A stretch of 64,000 bases of DNA from Blastocatellia bacterium. GTDB lineage: Bacteria; Acidobacteriota; Blastocatellia; Pyrinomonadales; Pyrinomonadaceae. The notes below the pieces were generated by a model. It ran no database searches, was not told the DNA's origin, and saw only the letters and a list, made by a program, of their open reading frames with translations. The position numbers were made by a program, and so were the translations under genes. The stretch lies in contig CAVVIS010000006.1 of NCBI GenBank assembly GCA_963748345.1, positions 158,908 through 222,907 on the forward strand. Reading direction: 5' to 3'. Positions 48,645 through 59,013 of the stretch are shown here, piece after piece (position 1 is the first letter of the stretch; every line of letters begins with the position of its first letter).

Positions 48645-51600
48645 ATGACTAGAATCGGTCTTACTCTAATGGTTGTGCTGCTGCTGTTCGGCCTCGCGCT
48701 GGGTTTGACGGCTTCTTCTAAGACGGAAGAAAAAACGGCCAGTAGTATCTCCTTGTCAGCACCAAGGTTGCCCGTTGCAACTGCAAGTCAGACAGCATCA
48801 ACCCCACGCCTCGAAGGTTGTGTCACCTGTCACGGACTGATTGAGCCGATGCACAAATACGGCCCCACGGAAACGCTCGACAAACTAAACGACGGCAAGG
48901 ACGCGGTCGGACTGACGTGCACTGACTGCCACGGCGGCAACCCGGTGCCGCGCAAGACGAGCGACGATCCGAAATCAATCCAACAAGTCAAAGACGAAGC
49001 CCACGTGCGCGCGAAGTTTCCGGCGGAGTGGCGCCGCGACGGCAAGTACACCGCCGCGAATCCCGAGCGCACCGCCACGCTCCTCGCGCGCGAGAGTTGG
49101 GAGTTTGTCCGCTTCATCAATCCCGGTGATTTGCGCGTCGCTGCGCAGACGTGCGGTGTCGGCGGCTGCCACGAACTCGAATCGAAAAATGTCGCGAGCA
49201 GCATGATGACGCACGGCGCGATGCTCTGGGGCGCGGCGTTCTACAACAACGGCGGCTTCCCGCTGAAGGACGCGCGTTTCGGCGAAAGCTACAGCGAGGA
49301 CGGCGCGCCGCAGACTCTCATTCAAAATCCCAAACCGACGAACGAAGACCAACGCATGAAGGGTCTGCTCGAGTTTCTCGATCCGATCCCGCGTTGGGAA
49401 ATTTCGCAGCCCGGCAACGTGCTGCGCGTTTTCGAACGCGGCGGGAAGCGGCGTTTGGAAGTCGGCTTGCCGGACAAAGAAGAAGAGCCGGGCAAGCCGG
49501 ACAAGGGACTCAGTCCGCGCGGTTTTGGTTCCGCCAACCGCACCGATCCGATTTTCCTCGGTTTGCAGAAAACGCGCCTGCACGACCCAACCCTGAATTT
49601 TTTGGGCACGAACGATCATCCGGGCGACTATCGCTCGTCAGGCTGCAGCGCGTGCCACGTAATTTATGCAAACGATCGCGAGCCGGCGCACTCTGCTTTC
49701 TACGGTGCGTCCGGAAACCTCGGTCGCTCGGAAACGGCCGACACGAACATTCCGAAAAATGAGTCGGGCCATCCGATCAAGCATCAGTTCACCAGCCAGA
49801 TTCCGACCTCGCAGTGCATGACCTGTCACATGCATCCCGGCACGAACATGGTGGCGACCTACATGGGGATGACCTGGTGGGACAACGAGAGCGACGGCGA
49901 CAAGTTGTATCCGAAGCAGCAACACGAGCCCTCGCAAACGGAGGAACAGCAGAAGCTGAATCGCAATCCTGAAGGCGCCAGCCTGCGCGGTCTCTGGTCC
50001 GAGCTCGAGTTCCTCGCGGGCACGGGCACGCCTGAGTTCAATTCGCAGTTGAAGAACACGCAGTTCGGCGACTTTCACGGTCACGGCTGGCTGTTTCGCA
50101 AAGTTTTCAAGCGCGACCGCAAAGGAAACCTGCTCGACGCGCAGAACAATCTGGTGCCGGCAACCGATCCTGACAAATTCAAGAAGGCTGTTCACCTGAA
50201 CGACATTCATCTCGACCGCGGGATGCATTGCGTCGATTGTCATTTTCGTCAGGACGCGCACGGCGACGGCAATCTCTACAACGAACCACGCGCGGCGATT
50301 GAGATCACCTGCGAGGATTGTCACGGCTCGATTCGCAAGCGCGCGAACTTATTCACCTCCGGCCCAGCCGCCGCTGTTGCAACCGGCACGGCGGCCGAGC
50401 GACGGAAGTCACAAAATCTGCCCGCAGCCGGACAGGACCTGAACCGCATTCGCGTGCGTGACGAAACGGGCGCGAAGGTTCCGCTCTTCCGCAGGCTAAC
50501 GCGCGACCAGAAGAAGAAAGACGAAAGCGGCAACGACATTGAGCTGAAGTCGGGCGACGTGATTCAAAACTCGATGGTCGTGCCCGGACGCTGGTGGCGC
50601 GTGCCGCAAACTATGGGCACGATCACCCCGGGCAGTCGCGATTACAACGAGAAGTCGCGCTACTCAAAAACGATCCGCAAAGACAACGTTACCTGGGGCG
50701 ACGTCCCCGCAGGCGAACAGGAACTGGCCCACCGCGACGAGGAGATGACTTGCGTCGCTTGCCACTCGTCTTGGGTGACGAGCTGTTTTGGTTGTCACCT
50801 GTCGATGCAGGCGAATCGCAAGATGCCAAACCGGCACAACGAAGGCGGCGACTCGCGCAACTTCACGCAGTACAACTTTCAGGTTTTGCGCGACGATATT
50901 TTCATGCTCGGGCGCGACGGGACGGTGACCGGAAATCGCGTGGCTCCGGTGCGTTCTTCGTCAGCCGTGCTCGTCAGCTCGCAAAATCAAAACCGCGAAT
51001 GGATCTATTCGCAGCAACAGACGACTTCGGCAGAAGGGTTCGCGGGCCAGGCATTCAACACGCACGTGCCGCACACCGTGCGCTCGACCGAAACGAAGGG
51101 CTGCACCGATTGTCACGTGTCGGCGAAGAACGACAACAACGCCTGGTTGGCCCAACTGCTTTTGCAGGGAACGAACTTTGTGAACTTTATGGGCCGTTAC
51201 GTTTATGTGGCGGCGGATGATGCGTTGGAAGCTGTAGTCGCGACCGAGGCCACCGAGCCGCAAGCAGTCTTCGGCAGTTCACTTCACAAGATCGCTTACC
51301 CGGACAACTACGGAAAATTTGTGAAAGACGGCAGCGAGTTGAAGACAGCGTACGAACACGTCGGCAATCCGCGCGTGCTGCAGGTGCAGTTGCGCGGCGA
51401 ATATGCCTACGTGGCGGCTGGTGAAGGCGGCCTGCGCGTTTACGACGTTGCGCAGATCGATCAGAAGGGATTTTCCGAACGAATTGTCACCGCGCCCGTG
51501 TCGCACTTTGGCCAGAAGTTTTGGGTCAAGACGAAATACGCCACCGCGGTTGCCGCGCCGACGACGCTCGCTGTCGATCCGGCCCGCTGGCGAATGAAGA

Positions 51601-52608
51601 CAGGCGGCACGATGATCGATCCGGAGAGCGCGGCCAAACTCACCGGCGAGGCGCGCAAGCAGTTACTAAATGAAGAGCAGCCCATCCATCCGCTTTACGC
51701 TCATCTTTATGTCGTCGACAAGCATGAAGGACTGATTTTGGTGAACGCCGCGACGCTGTTGGACGGCGATCCGCTTGAATAACTATCTGAAGCGCGCGCT
51801 CGACTCGGCAAAGTTTCCGGGCGGCGCCTTCAATCCGGCGGGCGCGCTGAATGATGCGAACAATGTCGCTATCGCTGGCCACTACGCCTACATTACGACA
51901 GCGCGAGGGCTGGTCGTCGTTGACATCGATGACCCGCTCAGTCCTCGAATCGCCCAGCAGCTTGAGCTGCCCAATCCGCGCGCGATCGCGATTCAGTTTC
52001 GCTACGGCTTCGTCGTGGACGATGATGGACTGAAGGTGTTGGACTTGAGCACGCCGGGCGCGCCGAAGTTGGTGCCGGGCGCTGTCGTCCCGCTCGCCGA
52101 TGCGCACGATGTCTATGTGGCGCGAACTTACGCCTACGTCGCCAACGGCAAAGAGGGAATCGCAATCATTGATGTGGAGCAGCCGGAAAAACCGCGGCTG
52201 GACCAGACGTTCAATGCCGGTGGACGGCTGAACGATGCGCACCAGGTGAAAGTGGCGATGACGAATGCGAGCCTGTTTGGCTATGTGGCTGACGGCCGGA
52301 ACGGCTTGCGAATTCTGCAACTGACGTCGCCGGAGACGATGCCGGAATACGCCGGCTTCAGTCCGCGACCGGCGCCGGTGTTGATCGCCAGTTTCAAAAC
52401 GAAAGGCGAAGCGCTTGCGATTTCGAAGCCACTGGATCGCGATCGCGCGGTCGATGAAAGCGGGAATCAGGTTTCGGTGTTTGGCCGGCGCGGCGCTCGC
52501 CCGTTCAACTTTGAAGAAATGATGCGCCTGCTGCGGACGAATGACGGCAAGGGCGATTGGTTCACGGTGAGTGATGCGCCGTCGACACAACCGTCAGGCG
52601 GAAGATAG
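48645..52608 (+). CDS. Giant multiheme c-type cytochrome fused to LVIVD-repeat beta-propeller; one frame interruption at about 51775-51781
   Basis: There are nine CxxCH sites (CVTCH, CTDCH, CSACH, CMTCH, CVDCH, CEDCH, CVACH, CFGCH, CTDCH) plus one CGVGGCH. LVIVD-type repeats follow: [58 protein letters not shown]. The two ORFs (48618..51782 and 51775..52608) join if one T of a TT run is removed. Confidence 0.75.
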
Positions 52609-52610
52609 TC

Positions 52611-52789
52611 AGCCGCGGATTTTCGCGGATGAACGCGGATCAGAACCCAACACCGTCAACCGTTTAGAGGCGGGCATCGCCCGCCGGTTCGCCGAAAACC
52701 GGTATTGCGTGTAATCGGCGGGCGGTGCCCGCCTCTAAACGGGCGTAGTCATTTTTCTGATCCGCGTTCGTGCGCGTGAATCCGCGGCT
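52611..52789. repeat. Composite: family C copy C3 (52661..52743) nested in a CCGCGGAT-word outer palindrome
   Basis: The outer arms are AGCCGCGGATTTTCGCGGATGAACGCGGATCAGAA / TTCTGATCCGCGTTCGTGCGCGTGAATCCGCGGCT. The inner element is CGTTTAGAGGCGGGCATCGCCCGCCGG ... GGCGGGCGGTGCCCGCCTCTAAACGGG. Confidence 0.85.
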
Positions 52790-53668
52790 AATTCGTCTTG
52801 CTCTGCATCGCGTTCACATACTGCGAGACGCAGAAGAGATTCTCCGCAAACTGGTAAGTGAGGTTGGCTGATTCGACGTAGCTGTCGAGGTGCGCAAAGT
52901 TTGTACTCAGGATTTCACGCCGCAGTTCACTAGCCGCCTGCCGTTCCTCCGCTGACAAATTCTCGTCCAGCGAAAGTTGCGTGAGGGCCAACAGCGTCCA
53001 GGGAAACCACAGAAACGTCGATCCTTCACCCATGAACTCGGTGTTCTCCAACGCCGTGTCCGCATCTGGGATGCTGCTGTTGTCTTTCTCAATCGACCGC
53101 TGGGCTATATCTTTGTGACTGAGAAATTCTTTTCTGGCGGCGCGATAGTTTTGGTCGTCCTTGACGTAGGCGAATTCCGGAACTGTTTCCGCTAACGACA
53201 ACGCAAACAAAACGTGCGCAGTCAGTCCGTCAAACCGTCCCTTTTGCCCGGTGCGATTTGGATTCGGCACCCAGCCTTGTCCTTCCTTGTAGCTGCGCAG
53301 CAGCCAGTTGATGCCGCTGCGAATGTTTTCGTCCGACTGCATTCCGAGTTTTTCAAAAACTGCCGGCGACTTGCGCGCTTCGAGCAGACTCCAGAGGGCG
53401 GTTACAGTCGAGTAAGTTCGGGTGAAGTCCGGTCCGTCTTCGCGGATTGGGCGCCAGCCGCCGGTTGAATCCTGCCTTCGTTTTCCTGTAGGGTCCGTAG
53501 AAACGTGGATTGCTGATCAATCGGCAGTTTGGAATAACCGACAATGTCGGTGAACAACACGTGCGCCAGCTTCATCGACGGGTTTGGTTGCTCGAATTGT
53601 TCTGACACTCTGAAGACTCCCTCTACTCGTTGATTGACTGGGATCGCGACCGAAAACGAACGAGCCAC
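52788..53668 (-). CDS. Disrupted hypothetical gene (alpha/alpha-repeat, prenyltransferase/terpene-cyclase-like C-terminal part; short nucleotidyl-cyclase-like N-terminal fragment)
   Basis: The 52788.. frame is open up to about 53530 and reads ...QDSTGGWRPIREDGPDFTRTYSTVTALWSLL...GWVPNPNR.. A different frame (53402..53668) starts MKLAHVLFTDIVGYSKL. The relationship between the two pieces is unclear. Confidence 0.3.
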
Positions 53669-53740
53669 AGATTAACGCGGATAGGACGGATTTAAGTTCA
53701 ACCTAAGTTCAGATCCGCCTTTATCCGTGGTCGTCTGTGG
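53665..53740. repeat. Palindromic element of the CGCGGATA/TATCCG word type
   Basis: CCACAGATTAACGCGGATAGGACGGAT ... ATCCGCCTTTATCCGTGGTCGTCTGTGG, between the disrupted ORF and the mutS 3' end. Confidence 0.7.
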
Positions 53741-53750
53741 CGAATATTTC

Positions 53751-56675
53751 TTACATCATGCGGTCGCGGAGTTTGCGCAAGATCTCTTTTGCTTCTTCGG
53801 GAGACAGGCTTTCGGGATCGATGTTGCGGATTTCTTCAACCACTTTCTGATTCGCCAAATCGAAGAGCGAAGCTTGCGCGACGGCCTTGCGGCGTCCTGC
53901 GCGTCGGGCTGCAACTTCCAACGCGTCACTGGCCGAATCCTGTGCGACAAACCGCTGTTCGTCGGACCGTAGTTTGTTGGACATCGCACTGACAGAACTC
54001 TGAACGTCGGACTCGCCCGCACCTTGCGCGGCGGCGCGTGCTTCCGCCGTTCTGACTGCAGCCTGCGCGGCAATCGCGTCCTCTTCAGCAAACACATCCA
54101 GCTCGTAACGCTCGAGTCGCGCCAGCACCTCACGCGCGTTGGCCAGCACCGCCGGCGGCAGTCCCGCCAGGCGCGCGACCTGGATGCCGTAAGACTTTGA
54201 AGCGCGTCCGCGTTCGAGGCGATGAAGGAAAACCACTTCACCCTCACGCTCAGCCGCGGTGATTTGATAGTTCTGCGCGCCGGGGAGTCGCTCGGCGAGT
54301 TCGGTCAGCTCGTGATAGTGAGTCGCGAAAAGCGTCTTCGCGGCGTGCTCCGGCGAGTCATGAAGATATTCCGCCACGGCCCAGGCGATTGAAAGGCCGT
54401 CGAAGGTTGCGGTGCCGCGCCCAATCTCATCAAGCAACACGAGCGAGTGCGGCGTGGAGCTGTGCAGGATCGCGGCGGTCTCAGTCATCTCAACCATGAA
54501 CGTCGACCGGCCGCGCGTCAGATCGTCAGACGCACCCACGCGCGTCCAAACGCGATCGAGCAGCGGCAGACGCGCCCGCTCGGCCGGCACGAAGCTGCCC
54601 ATCTGGGCCAGGATGCAAATGATCGCCGTCTGGCGCAGGACCGTGCTCTTGCCGCCCATGTTTGGACCGGTGATGATCAGCAGCCGGTCAGTTGAGTTGT
54701 TCAAATAGACGCTGTTGGGGACGAAAGGATCGCCGTTGAAAACTTCGATCACCGGATGCCGGCCCTGGACGATTTCAATCTCGTCGCCATCGTGCATCAC
54801 CGGTCGAACATAACGACGACGGGCGGCGGTTTCCGCGAGCGCAGCGATCGCATCAAGCGCTGCCAGGGCGCGGGCCGTCGCCTGAATGCGTTTTGTTTCC
54901 GCCGCCACCTGGCGACATATGTCAGCGAAGAGTGCATGTTCGATTTCGATGATGCGTTCTTCCGCGCCGAGGACTTTCTTTTCCCAATCGCGCAGCTCCG
55001 GCGTGGTGAAACGTTCGGCGTTGGTGAGTGTCTGCCGGCGCTCGTATTCCGCCGGCACGCGCACGGCGTTTCCTTTGGAGACCTCGATGAAGTAGCCGAA
55101 GACGTTGTTGAATTTTATGCGGAGGTTGTTGATGCCGCTGCGGGTGCGTTCAGTCGCTTCGAGCGTGGCGATGATCTGTTTGGCGTTGCGGCTGATCGAG
55201 CGCAGTTCGTCGAGCTCGGTTGAATAGCCGGCGCGGATCGTGTCGCCTTCGCTGATCTTTGCGGGCGGATCGTCGCTGATCGCTTTGACGAGCAGCGCGC
55301 AAACTTCCGGCACCTCGTCAGCAGTTTCAGAAAGAACCTGCAGGAGCGACGCGGGGCAAGGGGCGAGATTTTCGCGAACTGCCGGCACCTGGTAAAGCGA
55401 ACGCAGGATCGCATTCAAGTCTCGCGGCGTCGCCGAGCCGAAACTGATGCGGCCCACCAGGCGTTCGAGGTCAGAAACTTCTTTGAGCAGCGACCGCAGC
55501 TTGTCTCTCGCGATCTGTGAACCGACTAAATCCTGAACCGCCGCCAGCCGGGCTGCAACTTCACCACGCTTGACGCACGGCCGCAGCAACCACGAGCGCA
55601 GCAAGCGCGCGCCCATGCCTGTCACCGTTTCGTCGATGACGCTGAGGAGCGTTCGACCACTGGCGCCCCCCAGGGATTCGACCAGTTCCAGATTGCGAAC
55701 GGTGACCTGGTCGAGCACTAAGTGATCGTGCGGCGCGAAATAGGTCAAACCCGTAACATGCTGAGCCGCAGCACGTTGAGTTTCCTGCGCATAACGCAGG
55801 CAGGCGCCCGCTGCGCGAATCGCCTCTTCCTTGCGGTCGATGCCGTAGCCTTCGAGCGAGAGCGCGCCGAAGTGATTCAGCAGTAACTCGGCGCAGTCTT
55901 TCTTTTGCCACAGCCAGTCTTCGAGCGGAGTTAACGTGGCGTTGATGAAGTTGGTTGACGAGTCGCCGGGCGGGTTGTAACGCAAACTGTTAGTTTGCGC
56001 TCGCTCGTGATCAGCTTGCGTGGCGCTGTCGGTGGACGATCGCAAACTAACAGTTTGCGTTACTTCACCAAGCGGCAGTGGCGCGGTTTGCGGTTTGTCA
56101 GAGAGTCCGGCCTTGATCAACGGCGACAGCGAAGCGGGAAACAGCAACTCGCGCGGCGCGTACGACTCGAGATCGGCGCGAATTTTTTCCCAGGCGCCTG
56201 CTCCGCTTTCCTGCGTGGTGCGAAACTCTCCAGTGGAAATATCCAGAAACGCCGCGCCGACAGATTCACCCGAGCTGCAAACCGCGGCGAGGAAAACAGC
56301 TTCGCGGGCATCGAGCAGTTGCGGATCGATGGGCGTACCGGGGGTGACAATTCGAACCACCTCGCGCCGCACGAGCTTGTTTGTCTTGGACGCGGCTTCC
56401 GTCTGTTCGCAGATGGCGACGCGGTAACCTTTCCGCACGAGTCGCGCGATGTAATTTGCGGCGGAGTGATGCGGCACGCCGCACATGGGCACCGGATCGC
56501 CGCGCTCCTTGTGCCGGGCGGTGAGCGTGATTTGCAGTTCACGCGATCCGATTACCGCGTCGTCAAAAAAGAGCTCGTAAAAGTCGCCGAGTCGAAAAAA
56601 CAGCAGTGTTCCAGGGTGTTGCTGCTTCAGTTCCTGATACTGGCGCAGCATAGGGGTTTGCGGGACGGTCGTCAT
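53751..56675 (-). CDS. mutS: DNA mismatch repair protein MutS
   Basis: Reads MTTVPQTPMLRQYQELKQQHPGTLLFFRLGDFYELFFDDA, Walker A GPNMGGKST, LVLLDEIGRGT and FATHYHELT. It carries an unusual in-frame insertion (see findings). Confidence 0.95.
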   Translation of the reverse strand: MTTVPQTPMLRQYQELKQQHPGTLLFFRLGDFYELFFDDAVIGSRELQITLTARHKERGDPVPMCGVPHHSAANYIARLVRKGYRVAICEQTEAASKTNKLVRREVVRIVTPGTPIDPQLLDAREAVFLAAVCSSGESVGAAFLDISTGEFRTTQESGAGAWEKIRADLESYAPRELLFPASLSPLIKAGLSDKPQTAPLPLGEVTQTVSLRSSTDSATQADHERAQTNSLRYNPPGDSSTNFINATLTPLEDWLWQKKDCAELLLNHFGALSLEGYGIDRKEEAIRAAGACLRYAQETQRAAAQHVTGLTYFAPHDHLVLDQVTVRNLELVESLGGASGRTLLSVIDETVTGMGARLLRSWLLRPCVKRGEVAARLAAVQDLVGSQIARDKLRSLLKEVSDLERLVGRISFGSATPRDLNAILRSLYQVPAVRENLAPCPASLLQVLSETADEVPEVCALLVKAISDDPPAKISEGDTIRAGYSTELDELRSISRNAKQIIATLEATERTRSGINNLRIKFNNVFGYFIEVSKGNAVRVPAEYERRQTLTNAERFTTPELRDWEKKVLGAEERIIEIEHALFADICRQVAAETKRIQATARALAALDAIAALAETAARRRYVRPVMHDGDEIEIVQGRHPVIEVFNGDPFVPNSVYLNNSTDRLLIITGPNMGGKSTVLRQTAIICILAQMGSFVPAERARLPLLDRVWTRVGASDDLTRGRSTFMVEMTETAAILHSSTPHSLVLLDEIGRGTATFDGLSIAWAVAEYLHDSPEHAAKTLFATHYHELTELAERLPGAQNYQITAAEREGEVVFLHRLERGRASKSYGIQVARLAGLPPAVLANAREVLARLERYELDVFAEEDAIAAQAAVRTAEARAAAQGAGESDVQSSVSAMSNKLRSDEQRFVAQDSASDALEVAARRAGRRKAVAQASLFDLANQKVVEEIRNIDPESLSPEEAKEILRKLRDRMM
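55977..56063. repeat. 87-bp palindromic element lying in-frame inside mutS
   Basis: GTAACGCAAACTGTTAGTTTGCG (55977..55999) and its exact reverse complement CGCAAACTAACAGTTTGCGTTAC (56041..56063). 87 nt equals 29 codons. Confidence 0.85.
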
Positions 56676-56770
56676 ATTGAGGTGTGAATGGTAAAGGCGC
56701 GGTCGCAAATAGTAAATCGGGGAAGGAAAGATTCAAAAGCGGGGCGCTGCGTAGTCTCTTGCATTGCGTC

Positions 56771-56872
56771 GCTGGGAGCGCCGGCATCGTGCCTGCAATG
56801 AGCGGCCGCTTTGGGCCGCGAACAGGTTCGCGCTTCGCGCTCATTTGCAGGCAGGATGCCTGCGCTCCCGGG
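56771..56872. repeat. Family B element, copy B3 (diverged)
   Basis: GCTGGGAGCGCCGGCATCGTGCCTGCAATGAGCG ... CGCTCATTTGCAGGCAGGATGCCTGCGCTCCCGGG. Confidence 0.75.
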
Positions 56873-56927
56873 TCAACAGGTCCCTCGCTTTGGTCGCGCA
56901 CCAATCTATGCTAAGTTCCTGCCCAAA

Positions 56928-57530
56928 GTGACTGACCATTCCCTGACAACCGAGAACACCAGCGCCCTACTCTTGAAGCGTTCTCTCGAAGAGCATCAGG
57001 CGGCGATTCAAACATTGCTCGACGCGAGTCTCGAAGACATCGAGGCAACCGGTCGCTTGATCTGTGAAACGCTCGCCGCCGGCAACAAGATTCTGCTGTG
57101 CGGAAACGGAGGCAGCGCCGCCGACGCTCAGCACATCGCCGCTGAACTCGTCGGACGATACGAACAGCCGCGGCGCGCTTTTCCGGCGATCTCGCTCACG
57201 ACAGACACTTCGGCGCTGACCGCGCTCAGCAACGACTACGGTTTTGAAGAAGTGTTTGCGCGGCAGGTTGAAGCTTTGGCCGTCGCGGGCGACCTCTTGA
57301 TCGCCATCAGCACCAGCGGCAAGTCCCCGAACATAGTGAACGCTGCAGAAAAGGCCCGGGCTGTTGGTTGCAAGTCGATTGCGCTGACGGGTTGTTCCGG
57401 CGAACCTTTGGCGTCCAGTTGTGATCTGGCTCTCGTGGTCGCATCTGAGCGAACCGCGCGCGTTCAGGAAGCACATATAACCATTGGTCATCTCTGGTGC
57501 GAAATGGTCGACGCCAGTCTCGGTACCTAA
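56928..57530 (+). CDS. gmhA: D-sedoheptulose-7-phosphate isomerase (SIS domain)
   Basis: Reads ILLCGNGGSAADAQHIAAELVGRY...NDYGFEEVFARQVEAL...DLLIAISTSGKSPNIV. A GTG start is chosen because the longer ORF begins inside repeat B3. Confidence 0.85.
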   Translation: MTDHSLTTENTSALLLKRSLEEHQAAIQTLLDASLEDIEATGRLICETLAAGNKILLCGNGGSAADAQHIAAELVGRYEQPRRAFPAISLTTDTSALTALSNDYGFEEVFARQVEALAVAGDLLIAISTSGKSPNIVNAAEKARAVGCKSIALTGCSGEPLASSCDLALVVASERTARVQEAHITIGHLWCEMVDASLGT

Positions 57531-57972
57531 AATGGCTCAAAAGGAACAAAAGGAACCAGCGTGGAAATGGAGTTACGGGTGGACGGCATCATGTACGGCC
57601 CAATTCCGGTCGGCTACCTTATGCTTTACGCAGCCGGTATCGCTACCTCGTCTACTACGTCTGGACGAGATGGTAATTCGGCTCGGCGGCAGTTTCGCCG
57701 CGGCGATTCTCGGAAAATGGGCAAATTGCTTGACATAAATGATCGATGCCTTTAGGCTCTGGGGCGCATCAATCAGTCAAATGTGACTTCGGAGGTTTCC
57801 CCAGAAGTCACTCCACTTCACAAGTTGAATTTGGAAAGCAGGAGTTGGGTTACGCTGCCTGCGCGCGGTTTTAGTTTTTGGAAATTGAGTTAGGTTTGCG
57901 GCCCTGCTACGAATCAGAGCCTCAGCATCAACTTCGAATCAAGATCCTGCTGCAATAAATCTCTGAGACAAC

Positions 57973-58659
57973 TTGATGTTTCCCCAAAAAGCCAAAAGCA
58001 TCGCGGAAATCGGTTCAAAAACCTACCCTTTAGGCGAGAACATCGAACAGTCCGTCGCTGGCCCGACGCTGGCGCTGGTCGCCTTGAGCCATACGCCCGT
58101 TGAGCGACGTCTCTATGCCGCAATGCTGGGGACTGCGAATGGGTCGGCGCATCACTCCGTCAATCAGATCGAACCAGGAGACATCGAACAGAGCCCGCAG
58201 GTTTTTACTGTTCGCACGTTGATGGAGTTAACCGGCATCGTGAGTTTGAGCACGATCCGGCGCGGCCTCGAAGGGCTGGTGGCGAAGTGCAGCATCGAGC
58301 GCGAAGCGAAGGCGAACGGCAACGGTGCGCGCGATCACGGTTTCGCCTATCGAGTTTTCACGCCGGACGAGGTGATTGCGCGACGCGAAGAGCGCGGAAT
58401 GAAATCCTACGCGAAGGGAATCGAGAGCAACGCCAGCAATCGTTCCTTCGAACGCGTGATTCAGAGAGTGGCTGAGAACAAGAACCTGAGCCGTCGCGAG
58501 GCGCAGGTTGCTTTGTGCTGCGTTGAAGGTTTGACGAACGCGGAGATTGGCGCGCGTCTGCAGGTGAGTGAACAGACGGTGAAATTTCACCTCCGTCACA
58601 TCTTCATTAAGTTTGGGGTGAAGCGCCGCGCGGAATTGATCTCGCGGTTGCTGCTTTGA
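57973..58659 (+). CDS. LuxR-family transcriptional regulator (C-terminal HTH) with uncharacterised N-terminal winged-helix-like region
   Basis: The C-terminus reads LSRREAQVALCCVEGLTNAEIGARLQVSEQTVKFHLRHIFIKFGV, a LuxR/GerE HTH. Confidence 0.75.
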   Translation: MMFPQKAKSIAEIGSKTYPLGENIEQSVAGPTLALVALSHTPVERRLYAAMLGTANGSAHHSVNQIEPGDIEQSPQVFTVRTLMELTGIVSLSTIRRGLEGLVAKCSIEREAKANGNGARDHGFAYRVFTPDEVIARREERGMKSYAKGIESNASNRSFERVIQRVAENKNLSRREAQVALCCVEGLTNAEIGARLQVSEQTVKFHLRHIFIKFGVKRRAELISRLLL

Positions 58660-58663
58660 CTTT

Positions 58664-58829
58664 GGAGTGCGCTGACCATACATCCACCCCAGCCGGGCTG
58701 CCCGGCCGGGGACCCCGGTGTCAGCGCTTTAGTCGGTCGCGACCGGTCGCGACCTGGTTCGTTGAATTAGGAGAGGGAGCGCGGCGTCAAGCCGCCGCAG
58801 ACCAAAGCGGTGCCAAGTCACCGCACTCC
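58664..58829. repeat. Family H element, copy H2
   Basis: GGAGTGCGCTGACC...GCGGCGTCAAGCCGCCGCAGACCAAAGCGGTGCCAAGTCACCGCACTCC, starting 5 nt after the LuxR-family stop. Confidence 0.8.
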
Positions 58830-59013
58830 TTATTTGAAAACCTGACGCTGCCTCGCATGAGAGGTTTCCCTTCGGGGTACTGTGTGTTTGCCGTTGCGCG
58901 CCAAACCGGCACGAAATGAAAAACATACCAGGGCACCAGTGTGCTTGTCAGAACCGGGAGCGTTAGCGACCGGCTAATTGGTTCCACGGCAGGATCGCAG
59001 ATTAAGCAAAGTA

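Noticed and set aside
49140-49170. CGVGGCH in the giant cytochrome as a tenth heme site
   Set aside because: CX4CH sites exist in some multiheme proteins, but this cannot be supported from sequence alone. It is reported only as a possibility and is not counted.
51775-51782. Programmed frameshift or stop-codon readthrough joining the cytochrome and LVIVD ORFs
   Set aside because: There is no slippery heptamer or downstream structure. The same kind of single-base homopolymer discrepancy is scattered through a dozen unrelated genes, so an indel error is the simpler explanation.
57531-57972. 440-nt gene-free region with a small hairpin (GTGACTTC..GAAGTCAC at about 57783-57811), considered as a small RNA or riboswitch
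   Set aside because: I recognise no conserved riboswitch or sRNA motif, there is no terminator-like U-tract, and the ORFs in the region are not protein-like. It is left unannotated.
58929-58946. GGGCACCAGTGTGCTTG, a sigma54-like -24/-12 sequence upstream of the EPS genes
   Set aside because: The GG-to-GC spacing is one nucleotide shorter than the strict consensus, and the sequence runs into a family F repeat copy.
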